A stretch of 64,000 bases of DNA from an uncultured cyanobacterium (GCA_963807635.1 CAWEDJ010000093.1:34119-98118), one strand, 5' to 3'; numbered from the stretch's first letter, positions 32,320-42,095 are shown. Numbers and translations: made by a program. Notes: generated from the sequence alone by a model not told the origin.

Positions 32320-33511
32320 CTAGATCATTCCCATTTCTTCCAGCGATCGCGTTAATTTTTCGGCTTCAGGAGATTGTTGTAATTCATATAAACTAATCGC
32401 TTTTTTAAACGCTTCTAAACTTTCCTGTAATAAACCCGCTTTAAAACAAGTGACTCCTAAATTTTGATAAGCCTCTGCATAATTTGGATTGAGATTAATG
32501 GCTTTTTGATAAAGCGCGATCGCGTCCTGTAATTGTCCCTTATCTTTTAGTAACATGGCTAAGTTGTAATAACCGACTGCAAAGGTTGGATTCGATTTTG
32601 AGAATCGTTTCGTAGGCTATTTGAGCATTTTTAACATCTCCGACCGATTGTAATAAACCTGCAAAATTATTAAAAGCTCCAATTTTTAATTGGGGTAAAA
32701 TCGGCTGATTAATCGCTTTTTGATAATGTTTATTAGCCAGTTCCCATTTCTTTTGATGTAAATAGGCATTGGCTAAATGGTAATGTAATTCAAAGGAAAT
32801 AGGGACACTCGCGGTATTGACTTTTAATCCTTGTTTTAATAATTTTAATCCTTCTTTTTCCTGTCCTAGTTGTAAATATAAAGCTCCTAATTTACTGCAA
32901 ACATAGGGATCATTCGGATTTTCTTTAAAAGCGTTTTCTAATAAAGATTTAGCGCGACTAGCTTTATCGTTGGTTTGTAAAGCTTCGGGAGTATAGCCAG
33001 AATGGAGAATACTAACTATGGGGAACTCGACAATATTCCAGTGGGGTTCCTGTTTCAATAACTCTAAAACACTATCATCAATGGTTTCGTGGTAGGGACG
33101 GGAAAATTTGATTGCGGGATGGTTCCGAAACAGTCGAGAAACGGCAGAATAGGGAGACTGGACGGCACCAATTTCATGACGAATCAGGTTAACTACTAGG
33201 GTATTTTCTTGGGCAATAGCAGATTTTACATCCTTAATTGCATTGCTATTAAATATTTCATCGCCATCTAAGACCAAAATCCAATCGCCTGTGACCAATT
33301 TCAATGCTTCATTTCTCGCGATCGCAAAATCGTCTCCCCATTCCTGAGATGCGGTAACGGCTCCAAACTCCTGAGCAATTTCTAGGGTGCGATCGCTTGA
33401 TCCCGTATCTAAAACGACAATCTCATCGACTAAATCTTTAACGCTGGTAAGACATTGGGCTAAATTCGCGGATTCATTTTTGACGATCATGCAAAGGCTG
33501 AGTTGAACCAT
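32320..33511 (-). CDS. GT2 glycosyltransferase with C-terminal TPRs; +1 indel in GATC ~32591
   Basis: LSLCMIVKNE, VVLDTGSSD, DFAIARN, WILVLDGDE, with TPRs continuing into ORF 32320-32556. Confidence 0.9.
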
Positions 33512-33592
33512 AGGATTTTTTGGGATAGGGGGCGTGTGATACTTTAAAGAGACTGTCTTTTTTTCTATCGTTTCCGACTTTTCCAATTTACT

Positions 33593-34645
33593 ATGCTTGA
33601 GACTCCTCCCGTTGCCGAAGATATTGTTGCCGCCCTACAAATGCCCGTTGATCTGAATTTTGATATCCCCGATCCAGAGGATGAAGGGATTCAGGAACTC
33701 GATTTTCAATTGCAACTAGACGGTTTTTGGAAGATTTGCGATCGCTTTGATTTACAAACGGAGATTTGGCGGGGCAGAATTATTCGGGCGATTCGCGATC
33801 GCGAGAAAAAGGGGGGAGACGGACGGGGGACGGGTTTCTTGGATTGGCTCAAGCAACGAGAAATTACCAAAAGTCAAGCCTATGCGATGATTCAACTGGC
33901 CAATAGTGCGGATTCTCTCCTAGCAGAAGGTCAACTCGATCCCAATACCATTAACAATTTCAGTAAACGGGCTTTTATTGAAACCGCCAAATCTTCCCCC
34001 GAAGTCCAACGCCTAATCAGTGAATCGGCCCAAAGTGGCGATCGCATTACCCGTCGAGAAGTGAAGCAATTATCCGATGAATGGACGGCGGTAAGTTCGG
34101 ATCTCTTACCCGATGAAATCAAACAAAAAGCCTCGGATGGCAGTTTACCGTCGCGTCATTTAGCTCCCCTGGTCAAGGAGATGGAAAAGTTACCCGATAC
34201 CCATCTGGCCGCGATTCAACAGGAAGCCGCCTCAAATCCTGATGTGGATACGGTCAAAAATTTGACTTCTTCGGCCCGCAATTTAGCAAAATATCTGGAT
34301 GCGGCGGCCCAGGTACAAACCCTCAAGCAATATCCATTGGATTCAGAAATGGCCCTAGAAGAGGCTCTGCGATTAGATTGTCTCAACACTGCGGCTGATT
34401 TGGTAAAACAAGCCACTCAATTAGAACAAACCGTTGCTAGACTTTATACGACTTGGAAACGTTTGGGGAGTCTCGCCGATCGTCTTTATGTGGACACAGG
34501 TGCGAGTAGTCCTAATCTGCGATCGCTCTTGACGGCATTAGAAATGTTGACCAGTGAGGTGATTGAGGTGCAGTTGGATGAGGGCGGAGAAAGAACCGTG
34601 CGTCTGCGGATCTTGACGGATAATGAAACTAAAGAGTTGGAATAA
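33593..34645 (+). CDS. Conserved cyanobacterial hypothetical protein
   Basis: 350 aa ORF with CDRFDLQTEIWRGRI, GTGFLDWLK..EITKSQAY, FSKRAFIETA; host-like HIP1 content. Confidence 0.8.
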   Translation: MLETPPVAEDIVAALQMPVDLNFDIPDPEDEGIQELDFQLQLDGFWKICDRFDLQTEIWRGRIIRAIRDREKKGGDGRGTGFLDWLKQREITKSQAYAMIQLANSADSLLAEGQLDPNTINNFSKRAFIETAKSSPEVQRLISESAQSGDRITRREVKQLSDEWTAVSSDLLPDEIKQKASDGSLPSRHLAPLVKEMEKLPDTHLAAIQQEAASNPDVDTVKNLTSSARNLAKYLDAAAQVQTLKQYPLDSEMALEEALRLDCLNTAADLVKQATQLEQTVARLYTTWKRLGSLADRLYVDTGASSPNLRSLLTALEMLTSEVIEVQLDEGGERTVRLRILTDNETKELE

Positions 34646-34799
34646 TTTTATCGCTACATTTTTGAAGATTAGCGGTCATTTTTCATTTCGAGAAAGTACA
34701 TATGATGTTTGAAGATTAAAATCGCCGATTCATTTGATTTTTCTATTTAAGCATCAAAATCTTCTAATATCTTGTTTATAAAAATGAGTTCTCATTCTA

Positions 34800-36300
34800 G
34801 TGAGTTGTTTAAGGGCAATGAATAAAAAAACGTTAGTTTCCCGCATTTTTCGGATTTTACTAGGAAAGAGATCTAAAAAAAATAAATCGAGAGTGGGAAT
34901 TACAAAAAATCCTAATACAAATACCGTTACTAATTTAGACTCTTTTTTTCTTTATTATCAAACCAAATTAGGGTTGAAATTAAGATGGTTTTTGAACCAT
35001 ACATTAGGATATCTAATTGGCTTTCCCATATCAATGACGACTGAGTCTTGTTTTAAGATTGTTAAGAAGTTTAATATCGGCTTTTTTGGATTAGAAGAAG
35101 AGAAATACAATCAAATAATAAATCAACATAAAAAACAGTTTTCAACTTATTATGATCTTGCCATAATTATTTTATTGATAAGTTTAAGCTTCTTCATGTT
35201 TTTTCTGCAATCATCTAATATTTTAAAAGTTTTTTTCGATTCCACTATTGCTACTCTTATATTTTTTATTTTTTCTGCAATAATTATGCCGTCTATATTC
35301 TTTAGACTACTATTTAGACTTATGGATTATTTAAGTCCTGAAGCTTTATGTGCGATGCAGATTATAGATTTAAATCTTGAATTGTCAAGAGATGATGTCA
35401 TTTATAAAAGAAATGTTAAAAGTATGGTTCTTTTTAGGATGGACTATTTAGCTAGGGTGACAATGCTAATTCCTTGGCATTATAGTATAGGAAGAAATGC
35501 TAATCAAAAATGGATTCAACAACATTTTCAAAATATAGCTTATTATATTCGAGAAAGGCGAAGATGGCTAATTACTCCAACGGAAACAACCCTAGAAGAT
35601 ATCAGAAAAGATTTTCGACAATTGGCTTATTTATATTTGACGGGATTATATGGAAATTGGCAATGGCAATCTGTTAATTTAGAAACTGAAGTTGTCAAAC
35701 CCACATTCCGCAGGTTGACTCAATGAAAGAGACAATACATTTGTACTACTTTTTTTCTCCATAGATTAATTTGTTGATTAGCAAAACTCTTGGAAAAGCT
35801 ATGTTTCTTATTTGGCAAGGCTTTGAAGGTTTTTGGACTAAAAATATTTCCCTTTTTCATTGATCTTTTCATCAAACGAAATGAGATCATTTGTCATCAA
35901 TAAAAAGATACTTGCTTGATTCCGTATCATCCCAAGCCTCTTTTTCGTTTTGGCATAAACTCATGACAAAAATGAAGATCGTCAAAACACTTGCTCTGTA
36001 AGGATTTCAAAATTGTTTAAAAGTTCCTCAGAACCTGCGGAATGTGGGGTCAAACAAACTCGTTTTCAAAAAATACAAGAGACTTTAATCAGATTTTTTG
36101 GTATTCTTTTACCACTTATAATTATGGGATTATTGATGTTATTTCCTGGTACATTTACCAATCCTAATGCAAAAATTCTTGAAAACTTACCTTATATTTT
36201 TATTGCCTGGCTTCTTGTTTCTCTTGATATAACCTTAAAGTTAGGTGTAATCGAATCATTAACAAAATTAATTACAGGATTAAAAGATTTAAGTAAATAA
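34800..36300 (+). pseudogene. AT-rich multi-TM hypothetical protein interrupted by a MITE
   Basis: Removing 35700-36054 joins ...LETEVVK to QTRFQKIQETLIRFFG... in frame (~381 aa from GTG 34800). Confidence 0.8.
35700..36048. mobile_element. 349-bp non-autonomous MITE with IS1634-like ends
   Basis: Perfect 17-bp TIRs CCCACATTCCGCAGGTT (35700-35716) and AACCTGCGGAATGTGGG (36032-36048), 6-bp TSD GTCAAA (35694-35699, 36049-36054), no transposase ORF. Confidence 0.92.
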
Positions 36301-36337
36301 ATAAATTTATGTCAGACGAATCATTTTTTAGTCAGGT

Positions 36338-36360
36338 AGAAAATTAAACGCGATCGCCGA
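36338..36360. repeat. HIP1-containing direct repeat, left of hicAB
   Basis: TAGAAAATTAAACGCGATCG resembles TAGAAAATAAACGCGATCG at 36983-37001. Confidence 0.6.
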
Positions 36361-36375
36361 TTAAACTTACAAATA

Positions 36376-36588
36376 TTATACTGAAATTAATTTTGAATAA
36401 CGGGGTACAGGAACTGGATCGCTAAATTCTTGAGCCGTATCAATCCATAATTGAATCGCTTCTTGAATATTTTCTAAAGCAGAAACTTGAGTTTTTCCAT
36501 GTGCCATACAACCTGGTAATTCAGGAACTTCAACCACAAATATCTGATCTTCTTCACTCCAATACATAAATAATTGATACTTATACAT
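36376..36588 (-). CDS. hicB: HicB family antitoxin (short form)
   Basis: YWSEEDQIFVVEVPELPGCMAHGKT...ALENIQEAIQLWI...PVPVP. Confidence 0.9.
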   Translation of the reverse strand: MYKYQLFMYWSEEDQIFVVEVPELPGCMAHGKTQVSALENIQEAIQLWIDTAQEFSDPVPVPRYSKLISV

Positions 36589-36593
36589 TAAAA

Positions 36594-36842
36594 TTACTCT
36601 CCTAACTGATATTTAATAATAATTTCTTTGACCTGACGAACTTGATAGCCCTTGGCTTTATTGCCATCTTTCTGCAAATTCGGCTTTTCTTCAATTCCTT
36701 TTTTTCTGAAGATGTGATGTCCCCCACGAATCCGTTCTTCAAAGCCTAAACGTTTTAATAATTGATACAATTCGTCGAAGAGAATATTAGAGTCGGAATT
36801 CCCTGCGACAATTTTTTGTAGTAGTTTTTCATATTTACCCAT
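36594..36842 (-). CDS. hicA: HicA family toxin
   Basis: LKRLGFEERIRGGHHIFRK...NLQKDGNKAKGYQVRQV. Confidence 0.9.
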   Translation of the reverse strand: MGKYEKLLQKIVAGNSDSNILFDELYQLLKRLGFEERIRGGHHIFRKKGIEEKPNLQKDGNKAKGYQVRQVKEIIIKYQLGE

Positions 36843-36982
36843 TTCTAAAGATTATATCAAAATCAATTTCATTCAACAAGATGAAAAATACACACTGTGA
36901 CTTAAACTAACGAGAGATTTTTCTCTAATAATTCTATCAATTAATTTGCTAAATATGATTATCCCATTGATAAAAAGTCGAT

Positions 36983-37003
36983 TAGAAAATAAACGCGATC
37001 GTC
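36983..37003. repeat. HIP1-variant direct repeat, right of hicAB
   Basis: TAGAAAATAAACGCGATCGTC. Confidence 0.6.
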
Positions 37004-37069
37004 CTTTTCGTGATTCCGTCTATGGTGACTACGAGGATTGAGTCAAATTAGTCGGAATCTGGTTCTGGA

Positions 37070-37903
37070 CTAAACTGTAGGCGGAAGATTTACTTTTTGC
37101 ACTAAACCCAAACTTTTCAATACCCAAATTGACCACCAAGTTACATCAACTTCCCACCACCGCCAACCTGCTTTGGCAACCTGGGGATAGGCGTGATGAT
37201 TATTGTGCCAACCTTCGCCATAGGTAAAGATAGCAGCCCACCATAAATTGCGAGAATTATCGGGAACATCAAACGTACGATAACCCCACATATGGGTGAC
37301 AGAATTAATCATCCAGGTGCTATGCCAGAGCAGAACAACTCGCACTAGCATTCCGTAAATTACCCATGACCAACCCCCGATTAAATAAAGAATGATCGCC
37401 AGGGGAATTTGTAAGAAAAGAAAATAACGATTTAACCAGCGATAAAAACCTTGGCGGACTAAATCGGGCGCAAATTTTTGATATTTTTCGTATTCAAAAA
37501 ATTCAGGTTGGGGATAAAAAATCCAGAGCATATGGCTCCACCAAAAACCCCGTTTAGCAGAGTAGGGATCTTGATCAATATCTTCTGTGTGAGCATGGTG
37601 CAAACGATGACCCGCGACCCAGAAGATCGGCCCACCTTGTAACGCTAAGGCTCCAATAATCGCGATCGTGTATTCGAGCCAATGGGGAACTTGTAAACTA
37701 CGGTGACTTAATAAACGATGATAGCCGAGACAAATGCCGATACTGCCAAATAACCAATGAAGAAAAAGGGTTACCGCAACGGCAGACCAGGAGAAGAACC
37801 AAGGAGCCAATAGAGTAAGAACGTGAATGGTTCCAAAGAAGAAAACAGCAACCCAATCTAGTGGCGCACGAGTCGGTTGAGCGGGAATTAAATTAGTTGT
37901 CAT
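37070..37903 (-). CDS. desF: Delta-9-type acyl-lipid desaturase of the low-oxygen operon (DesF/DesC2-like)
   Basis: His boxes HRLLSH, HRLHH, HNNHH. It is the last gene of acsF-ho2-hemN, as in Synechococcus sp. PCC 7002. Confidence 0.8.
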   Translation of the reverse strand: MTTNLIPAQPTRAPLDWVAVFFFGTIHVLTLLAPWFFSWSAVAVTLFLHWLFGSIGICLGYHRLLSHRSLQVPHWLEYTIAIIGALALQGGPIFWVAGHRLHHAHTEDIDQDPYSAKRGFWWSHMLWIFYPQPEFFEYEKYQKFAPDLVRQGFYRWLNRYFLFLQIPLAIILYLIGGWSWVIYGMLVRVVLLWHSTWMINSVTHMWGYRTFDVPDNSRNLWWAAIFTYGEGWHNNHHAYPQVAKAGWRWWEVDVTWWSIWVLKSLGLVQKVNLPPTV

Positions 37904-37973
37904 GAATTCTGGAAAAAGTACAAATAGAAGAAATGGGTAAAAGTTTTTTCAGTGATATATGAAAAGAACTCTT

Positions 37974-39371
37974 TTAAATGGCTTTGGAGAAAGTTCCCTC
38001 ACTTTTTTTACTTAAATAAGTATCAAAAACGGCGGCAATATTTCGGATTAATAAGCGTCCACTGGGAGTCACTTCGATTCCATCTCCCCAACGTTGAATT
38101 AGTCCATCTTTTTCTAGGGCATCTAAACCTGCCAGTTCGGAAGCAAAATAATCATTAAAATCTAGATCAAATCCTAAATGATATTTGGACTCTAGATCGG
38201 GGGCAGAGAGTTTAAATTGACACATTAATTCCATAATAATTGTGCGACGAATCAGATCATCTTGAGTGAGTTGGACACCCTTTTCGATAGGAATTTGATG
38301 GGAGTCAATAGCTTGATAAAAGTCCTTTAAGCGTTTGTGATTTTGGATATAAACATCTTGCAACATACTAATGGAAGTCATGCCAAAACCTAATAAATCC
38401 GATTCGGGTTGGATGGTATAGCCTTGGAAATTACGATGGAGTTCTCCTTTTTGTTGCGCGATCGCCAATTCATCATCGGGTTTAGCAAAGTGATCCATGC
38501 CGATAAAAACATACTCATTTTGGGTTAATTCTGCGATCGTCATTTGCAGAATATCTAATTTCTCCTCACCGACGGGCATTTCCGATTGGGGCATTTTTTT
38601 CTGGATGGGCTTCATCCAAGGTACATAGGCAAAATTAAATACCGCAACGCGATCGGGGTTAAGCTGAATCATTTTTTGAATGGTTTCCTTAAAAGTTTCT
38701 AGGGTTTGGAAAGGCAGACCATAAATCAAATCTACGTTTACACTTTCAAAGCCTGCTTCCCGAATCCAAGACATCACATTAAAGAGCATTTCTTCGGGTT
38801 GAATGCGATTAACAGCTTCTTGAACTTTGGGATTAAAATCTTGAATGCCAAAACTAATGCGATTAAAGCCCAATTTTTTCAAGAATAAAATATAGTCTCG
38901 ATCCACATAACAGGGATTAATTTCAATGGAAATTTCCGCATTAGGATCAAAGGAAAAATTTTCGTGAAAGGCATTCCATAAAAATTCTAGTTGTTCTTGA
39001 TTCAAATAATTCGGTGTACCGCCGCCCCAGTGCATTTGCTGAACCAAGCGATCGCTTTTAACTAAAGGTGCGATTTGTTGAATATGTTTTTTGACATAAT
39101 CCAGATAGGGCTGAACCACTTGTTTTAGCTGGGTAATAATCGTGTTGCAACCGCAGAAATAACAGGCTTTTTCACAAAAGGGAATGTGGCAATACAGCGA
39201 TAGAGGTGTTTTTTTATAATTGCCCGCCGCGATCGCGCCTCGAAATAAAGATTCATCAAAATTTTCCGTTAATTCTGTCGCAGGAGGATAACTGGTATAA
39301 CGGGGAACGGGTTGGTCGTATTTATGAAGTAAATCAGAATTAAATTTAACGTTTTGGCAAAGGGATTTCAT
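37974..39371 (-). CDS. hemN: Oxygen-independent coproporphyrinogen III oxidase (radical SAM)
   Basis: PRYTSYP, HIPFCEKACYFCGC, WGGGTP, RISFGIQDF, GMDHFA, HRNFQGY. Start taken as ATG 39371. Confidence 0.95.
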   Translation of the reverse strand: MKSLCQNVKFNSDLLHKYDQPVPRYTSYPPATELTENFDESLFRGAIAAGNYKKTPLSLYCHIPFCEKACYFCGCNTIITQLKQVVQPYLDYVKKHIQQIAPLVKSDRLVQQMHWGGGTPNYLNQEQLEFLWNAFHENFSFDPNAEISIEINPCYVDRDYILFLKKLGFNRISFGIQDFNPKVQEAVNRIQPEEMLFNVMSWIREAGFESVNVDLIYGLPFQTLETFKETIQKMIQLNPDRVAVFNFAYVPWMKPIQKKMPQSEMPVGEEKLDILQMTIAELTQNEYVFIGMDHFAKPDDELAIAQQKGELHRNFQGYTIQPESDLLGFGMTSISMLQDVYIQNHKRLKDFYQAIDSHQIPIEKGVQLTQDDLIRRTIIMELMCQFKLSAPDLESKYHLGFDLDFNDYFASELAGLDALEKDGLIQRWGDGIEVTPSGRLLIRNIAAVFDTYLSKKSEGTFSKAI

Positions 39372-39411
39372 AGGAAATTTATGGGTTAAATAATGCGCTT
39401 TTATGATGATT

Positions 39412-39435
39412 GTAGGGGCGTATAGCGTACGCCCT
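39412..39435 (+). repeat. GTAG-type REP-like palindrome
   Basis: GTAG GGGCGTA TAGCG TACGCCC between ho2 and hemN. Confidence 0.7.
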
Positions 39436-39444
39436 TTATTTAAT

Positions 39445-40197
39445 TTATTCCGCCGCAACTAAAGCAACTGTGCTGTGATTGGAACGATGACGTTCTGTGC
39501 TACCAGGACGATCTTGGCGAGTCAGTAAATCGAAGGTATGATCCCCGATCGCAGCTTTAACATCGGGTTCTAAATCATGCATCACATCTCGGTTCAACGC
39601 AAAAGCATAATTGGCTTCTTCCACAATGGCTTTAATTGTTTGAGCATCTAAGGGCAAATCATCTAAAGCTTGACGATAAACATCTTTAAAAGCACGTCGT
39701 TCGGCAGGCGTTGAAAATGCTTCAAATTCATAAAAGCGTGTGCCTTTTTCATCGGGTAATTCTAGGGCAGAATGGATGATTCCTTTTAAACTTTGACCTC
39801 CCGATAAATCTCCCATGTAACGAGTATAGGCATGGGCAATTAATAAAACAGGATTCTTTTCAATCAGTTCTTGGAGGCGATCACAATAAATTTTTGCCGC
39901 AGATAAGGGCGCAATATCATTTTTCCAATTTTCGCCGTAATAAAAAGCAAGATCTTGTTCTAAATTAGCAGTGCGATTCAATTCAGGGAAATATAAACGA
40001 CCAATAATTTCATGATCTTTATGTTGTTCAAAACCTGCTTCTAGGGTGCTATAAACGAAATATAAATTGGCGAGTAATTTACGGAAAGGTTCCCGTTCAA
40101 CAATGCCTTTTAGAAAACATTTCATATAGGCTGTATTTTCGGCAAGTGTATGGGAAGCTTGGGTTCCTTCGCGTAATTGAGTTGATAAATGAGTCAT
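39445..40197 (-). CDS. ho2: Heme oxygenase 2 (low-oxygen type)
   Basis: LREGTQASHTLAENTAYMKCFLKG, HAYTRYMGDLSGGQ, EANYAFALN, with the Ho2-type C-terminal extension RQDRPGSTE. Confidence 0.93.
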   Translation of the reverse strand: MTHLSTQLREGTQASHTLAENTAYMKCFLKGIVEREPFRKLLANLYFVYSTLEAGFEQHKDHEIIGRLYFPELNRTANLEQDLAFYYGENWKNDIAPLSAAKIYCDRLQELIEKNPVLLIAHAYTRYMGDLSGGQSLKGIIHSALELPDEKGTRFYEFEAFSTPAERRAFKDVYRQALDDLPLDAQTIKAIVEEANYAFALNRDVMHDLEPDVKAAIGDHTFDLLTRQDRPGSTERHRSNHSTVALVAAE

Positions 40198-40249
40198 GGA
40201 TAATTCAGGGTTATTTTGAGTTAATGAGATTTAAAAAAATTGAGAAGAA

Positions 40250-40412
40250 GATCCCCCCTACCCCCCTTGATAAGGGGGGCTAAATTCTAATGAATAGCCT
40301 AGCCTTTAGCGAAATAAAATACCGTACCGATATTAGTTTTGATAAGAGGGGCTAAATTCCGATAAATAACCCAGTCCCCCTTATCAAGGGGGATGCCGTA
40401 GGCAGGGGGATC
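40250..40412. repeat. Cyanobacterial CCCCCTT..AAGGGGG palindromic repeat cluster
   Basis: GATCCCCCC...CCCCTTGATAAGGGGGGCTAAATTC, a second TGATAAGAGGGGCTAAATTC, and an inverted CCCCCTTATCAAGGGGG...GGGGGATC. Confidence 0.75.
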
Positions 40413-40443
40413 AAACCTTGGTTGATAGAGAAACATTTGTAAA

Positions 40444-41520
40444 CTAATGAACTTGGCCGCGTAGGGCTTCGGCGTTAATGGGTTTTTGCAGAAAAATCAA
40501 TAACATATTCCAGACGATTTGGGCAATCCAAGGTAATTTCTGGAAGAATTTAATCACAGTCGGCTGATTATTTTGGGCGATCGCGGATAATTTTTCGTTA
40601 GCTTGGGAACTTTTTTCTAGGCGATTAAAAAACTTGGGATGATTGGTATCCAAAACTTCGGGAAAAGCACGGGCGGCGGTTTCGTTGGTGTGACGAACGA
40701 CATCGAGGTTGTACTGACGCGCATCCATGCCGATGGATTTATAAAAATCGGATCGTTCAAATACCGTTAACGTGTGGGTCACAAAGACTGTCAAGAGGAA
40801 AAATCTTGCCCAAAGCCGAGATTGCCAAGTTTTCCAGAGATTTGGCTGCGATCGCAATAGAGCTTTAAAAAAGTCACCGTGACGGTTTTCATCTTGACAC
40901 CAATTTTCAAAATAACGGAAGAGGGGATAAATGCGGTGTTCAGGATGCTCTTCTAGATGACGATAAACGAGGATATAACGCCAATAACCGATTTTTTCGG
41001 ACAAATAAACCGTATAGATAACCCATTCGGGCGGAAAGAAAGTATAGGTGCGCTTTTGCATCAAATATTTCAAATCTAAAGATAACCCAAAATCCGACAT
41101 TGCTTTATTAATAAAACCAGCATGACGGGCTTCATCGCGGGCCAAGAGAGCAAAGGCTTCTGCTAACTGGGGATTGCGACCTTTGAGTTGGCGAGACAGT
41201 TCTTTAAATAAGAGAAAACCAGAGAATTCTGAGGTGCAGGAGCGTTCTAGGAAATCAATGAAAGCGTGGCGGGTCTCTCCATCAATATGATCCCAAGATT
41301 GCTTAAATTCCTCATCTCTAACAAAATGATAACGGTTATAGTCTGCTCTTAACTCGTCCAACGAGGCTTGAATTTCTTCTTCCTGAAGCTCAAGAGCCAT
41401 ATTCGCGATCGCGTTAAAATCGGTGGTATAAAATCTAGGGGTTAATAAAGTTTCTTTAACAGGGGCTTTAATACCAGGACGTAAAATATCGAAAGTCGGC
41501 GTAGGAGCGGCAGTAACCAT
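40444..41520 (-). CDS. acsF: Mg-protoporphyrin IX monomethyl ester oxidative cyclase (low-oxygen paralog AcsF2/ChlAII)
   Basis: ETLLTPRFYTTDF, ERSCTSEFSGFLL, RDEARHAG, YLSEKIGYWRY, WCQDENRHGD. Confidence 0.96.
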   Translation of the reverse strand: MVTAAPTPTFDILRPGIKAPVKETLLTPRFYTTDFNAIANMALELQEEEIQASLDELRADYNRYHFVRDEEFKQSWDHIDGETRHAFIDFLERSCTSEFSGFLLFKELSRQLKGRNPQLAEAFALLARDEARHAGFINKAMSDFGLSLDLKYLMQKRTYTFFPPEWVIYTVYLSEKIGYWRYILVYRHLEEHPEHRIYPLFRYFENWCQDENRHGDFFKALLRSQPNLWKTWQSRLWARFFLLTVFVTHTLTVFERSDFYKSIGMDARQYNLDVVRHTNETAARAFPEVLDTNHPKFFNRLEKSSQANEKLSAIAQNNQPTVIKFFQKLPWIAQIVWNMLLIFLQKPINAEALRGQVH

Positions 41521-41598
41521 AAAGTTGTAAAAAATCGAGAATAAAAAAACATTGCTGAATCTTATCTTTCTGTAAGCTCAAGGAAATTACAAGATAGT

Positions 41599-41632
41599 TT
41601 CTCCTAGTACCCCTTAGTTACCTAAAGTAAAA
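41599..41632. promoter_or_regulatory. Candidate ChlR-binding region
   Basis: TTACC-TAA-AGTAA is one mismatch from the TTMCC-N3/4-GGWAA ChlR motif (recalled from literature), in the divergent promoter. Confidence 0.35.
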
Positions 41633-41716
41633 AATTATTGTCCTTAAAGGGATACAGCTACATCTAAAGAAATGTTAAAGTTTAAAATCAGGCTTCCTTT
41701 CCGCACGATCCATCCC

Positions 41717-42088
41717 ATGCCAGAAGATAATCTTTGTTCTGATATCAGTTTTCAATGTCCCATCCAATTTATCGTGAATTTATTGGGGAATAAATGGTCG
41801 ATTCTCCTGTTGCGCGAACTATTTGATGGCGATCGCCGTACCAATGAGTTACTCAAGATTTTGCCTGGCATCAGTAGCAAAACCCTGACCATTCGTCTGC
41901 GAGAGTTAGAAACTCATGGTTTGGTCGAAAGGCGCGTCTATGCCGAAATTCCGCCCCATGTGGAGTATTCCCTGACGGATAAGGGCAAACAAATCCAACC
42001 CGTAATGACCGCGATGTACCAACTCGGTTCTCAGTGGCTCGATCAAAAAAGTTGTATTTGTCCGATAGAAAAAGCTTCTTTCCTCTAA
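41717..42088 (+). CDS. chlR: MarR/HxlR-type oxygen-sensing activator ChlR
   Basis: HxlR fold (CPIQ..LLGNKWSILLLREL, ISSKTLT.RLRELE, PPHVEYSLT) with Cys at both ends (LC..QCP, SCICP), divergent from acsF. Confidence 0.8.
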   Translation: MPEDNLCSDISFQCPIQFIVNLLGNKWSILLLRELFDGDRRTNELLKILPGISSKTLTIRLRELETHGLVERRVYAEIPPHVEYSLTDKGKQIQPVMTAMYQLGSQWLDQKSCICPIEKASFL

Positions 42089-42095
42089 AAAATGT

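Noticed and set aside
36013..36054. Start of the 95-aa ORF as an independent gene
   Set aside because: Its first residues come from the MITE end; the remainder is the C-terminus of the interrupted gene.
37974..39458. Extended HemN N-terminus (MRRNKLNKGRTLYAPT...)
   Set aside because: The extension is translated REP sequence; ATG 39371 fits HemN.
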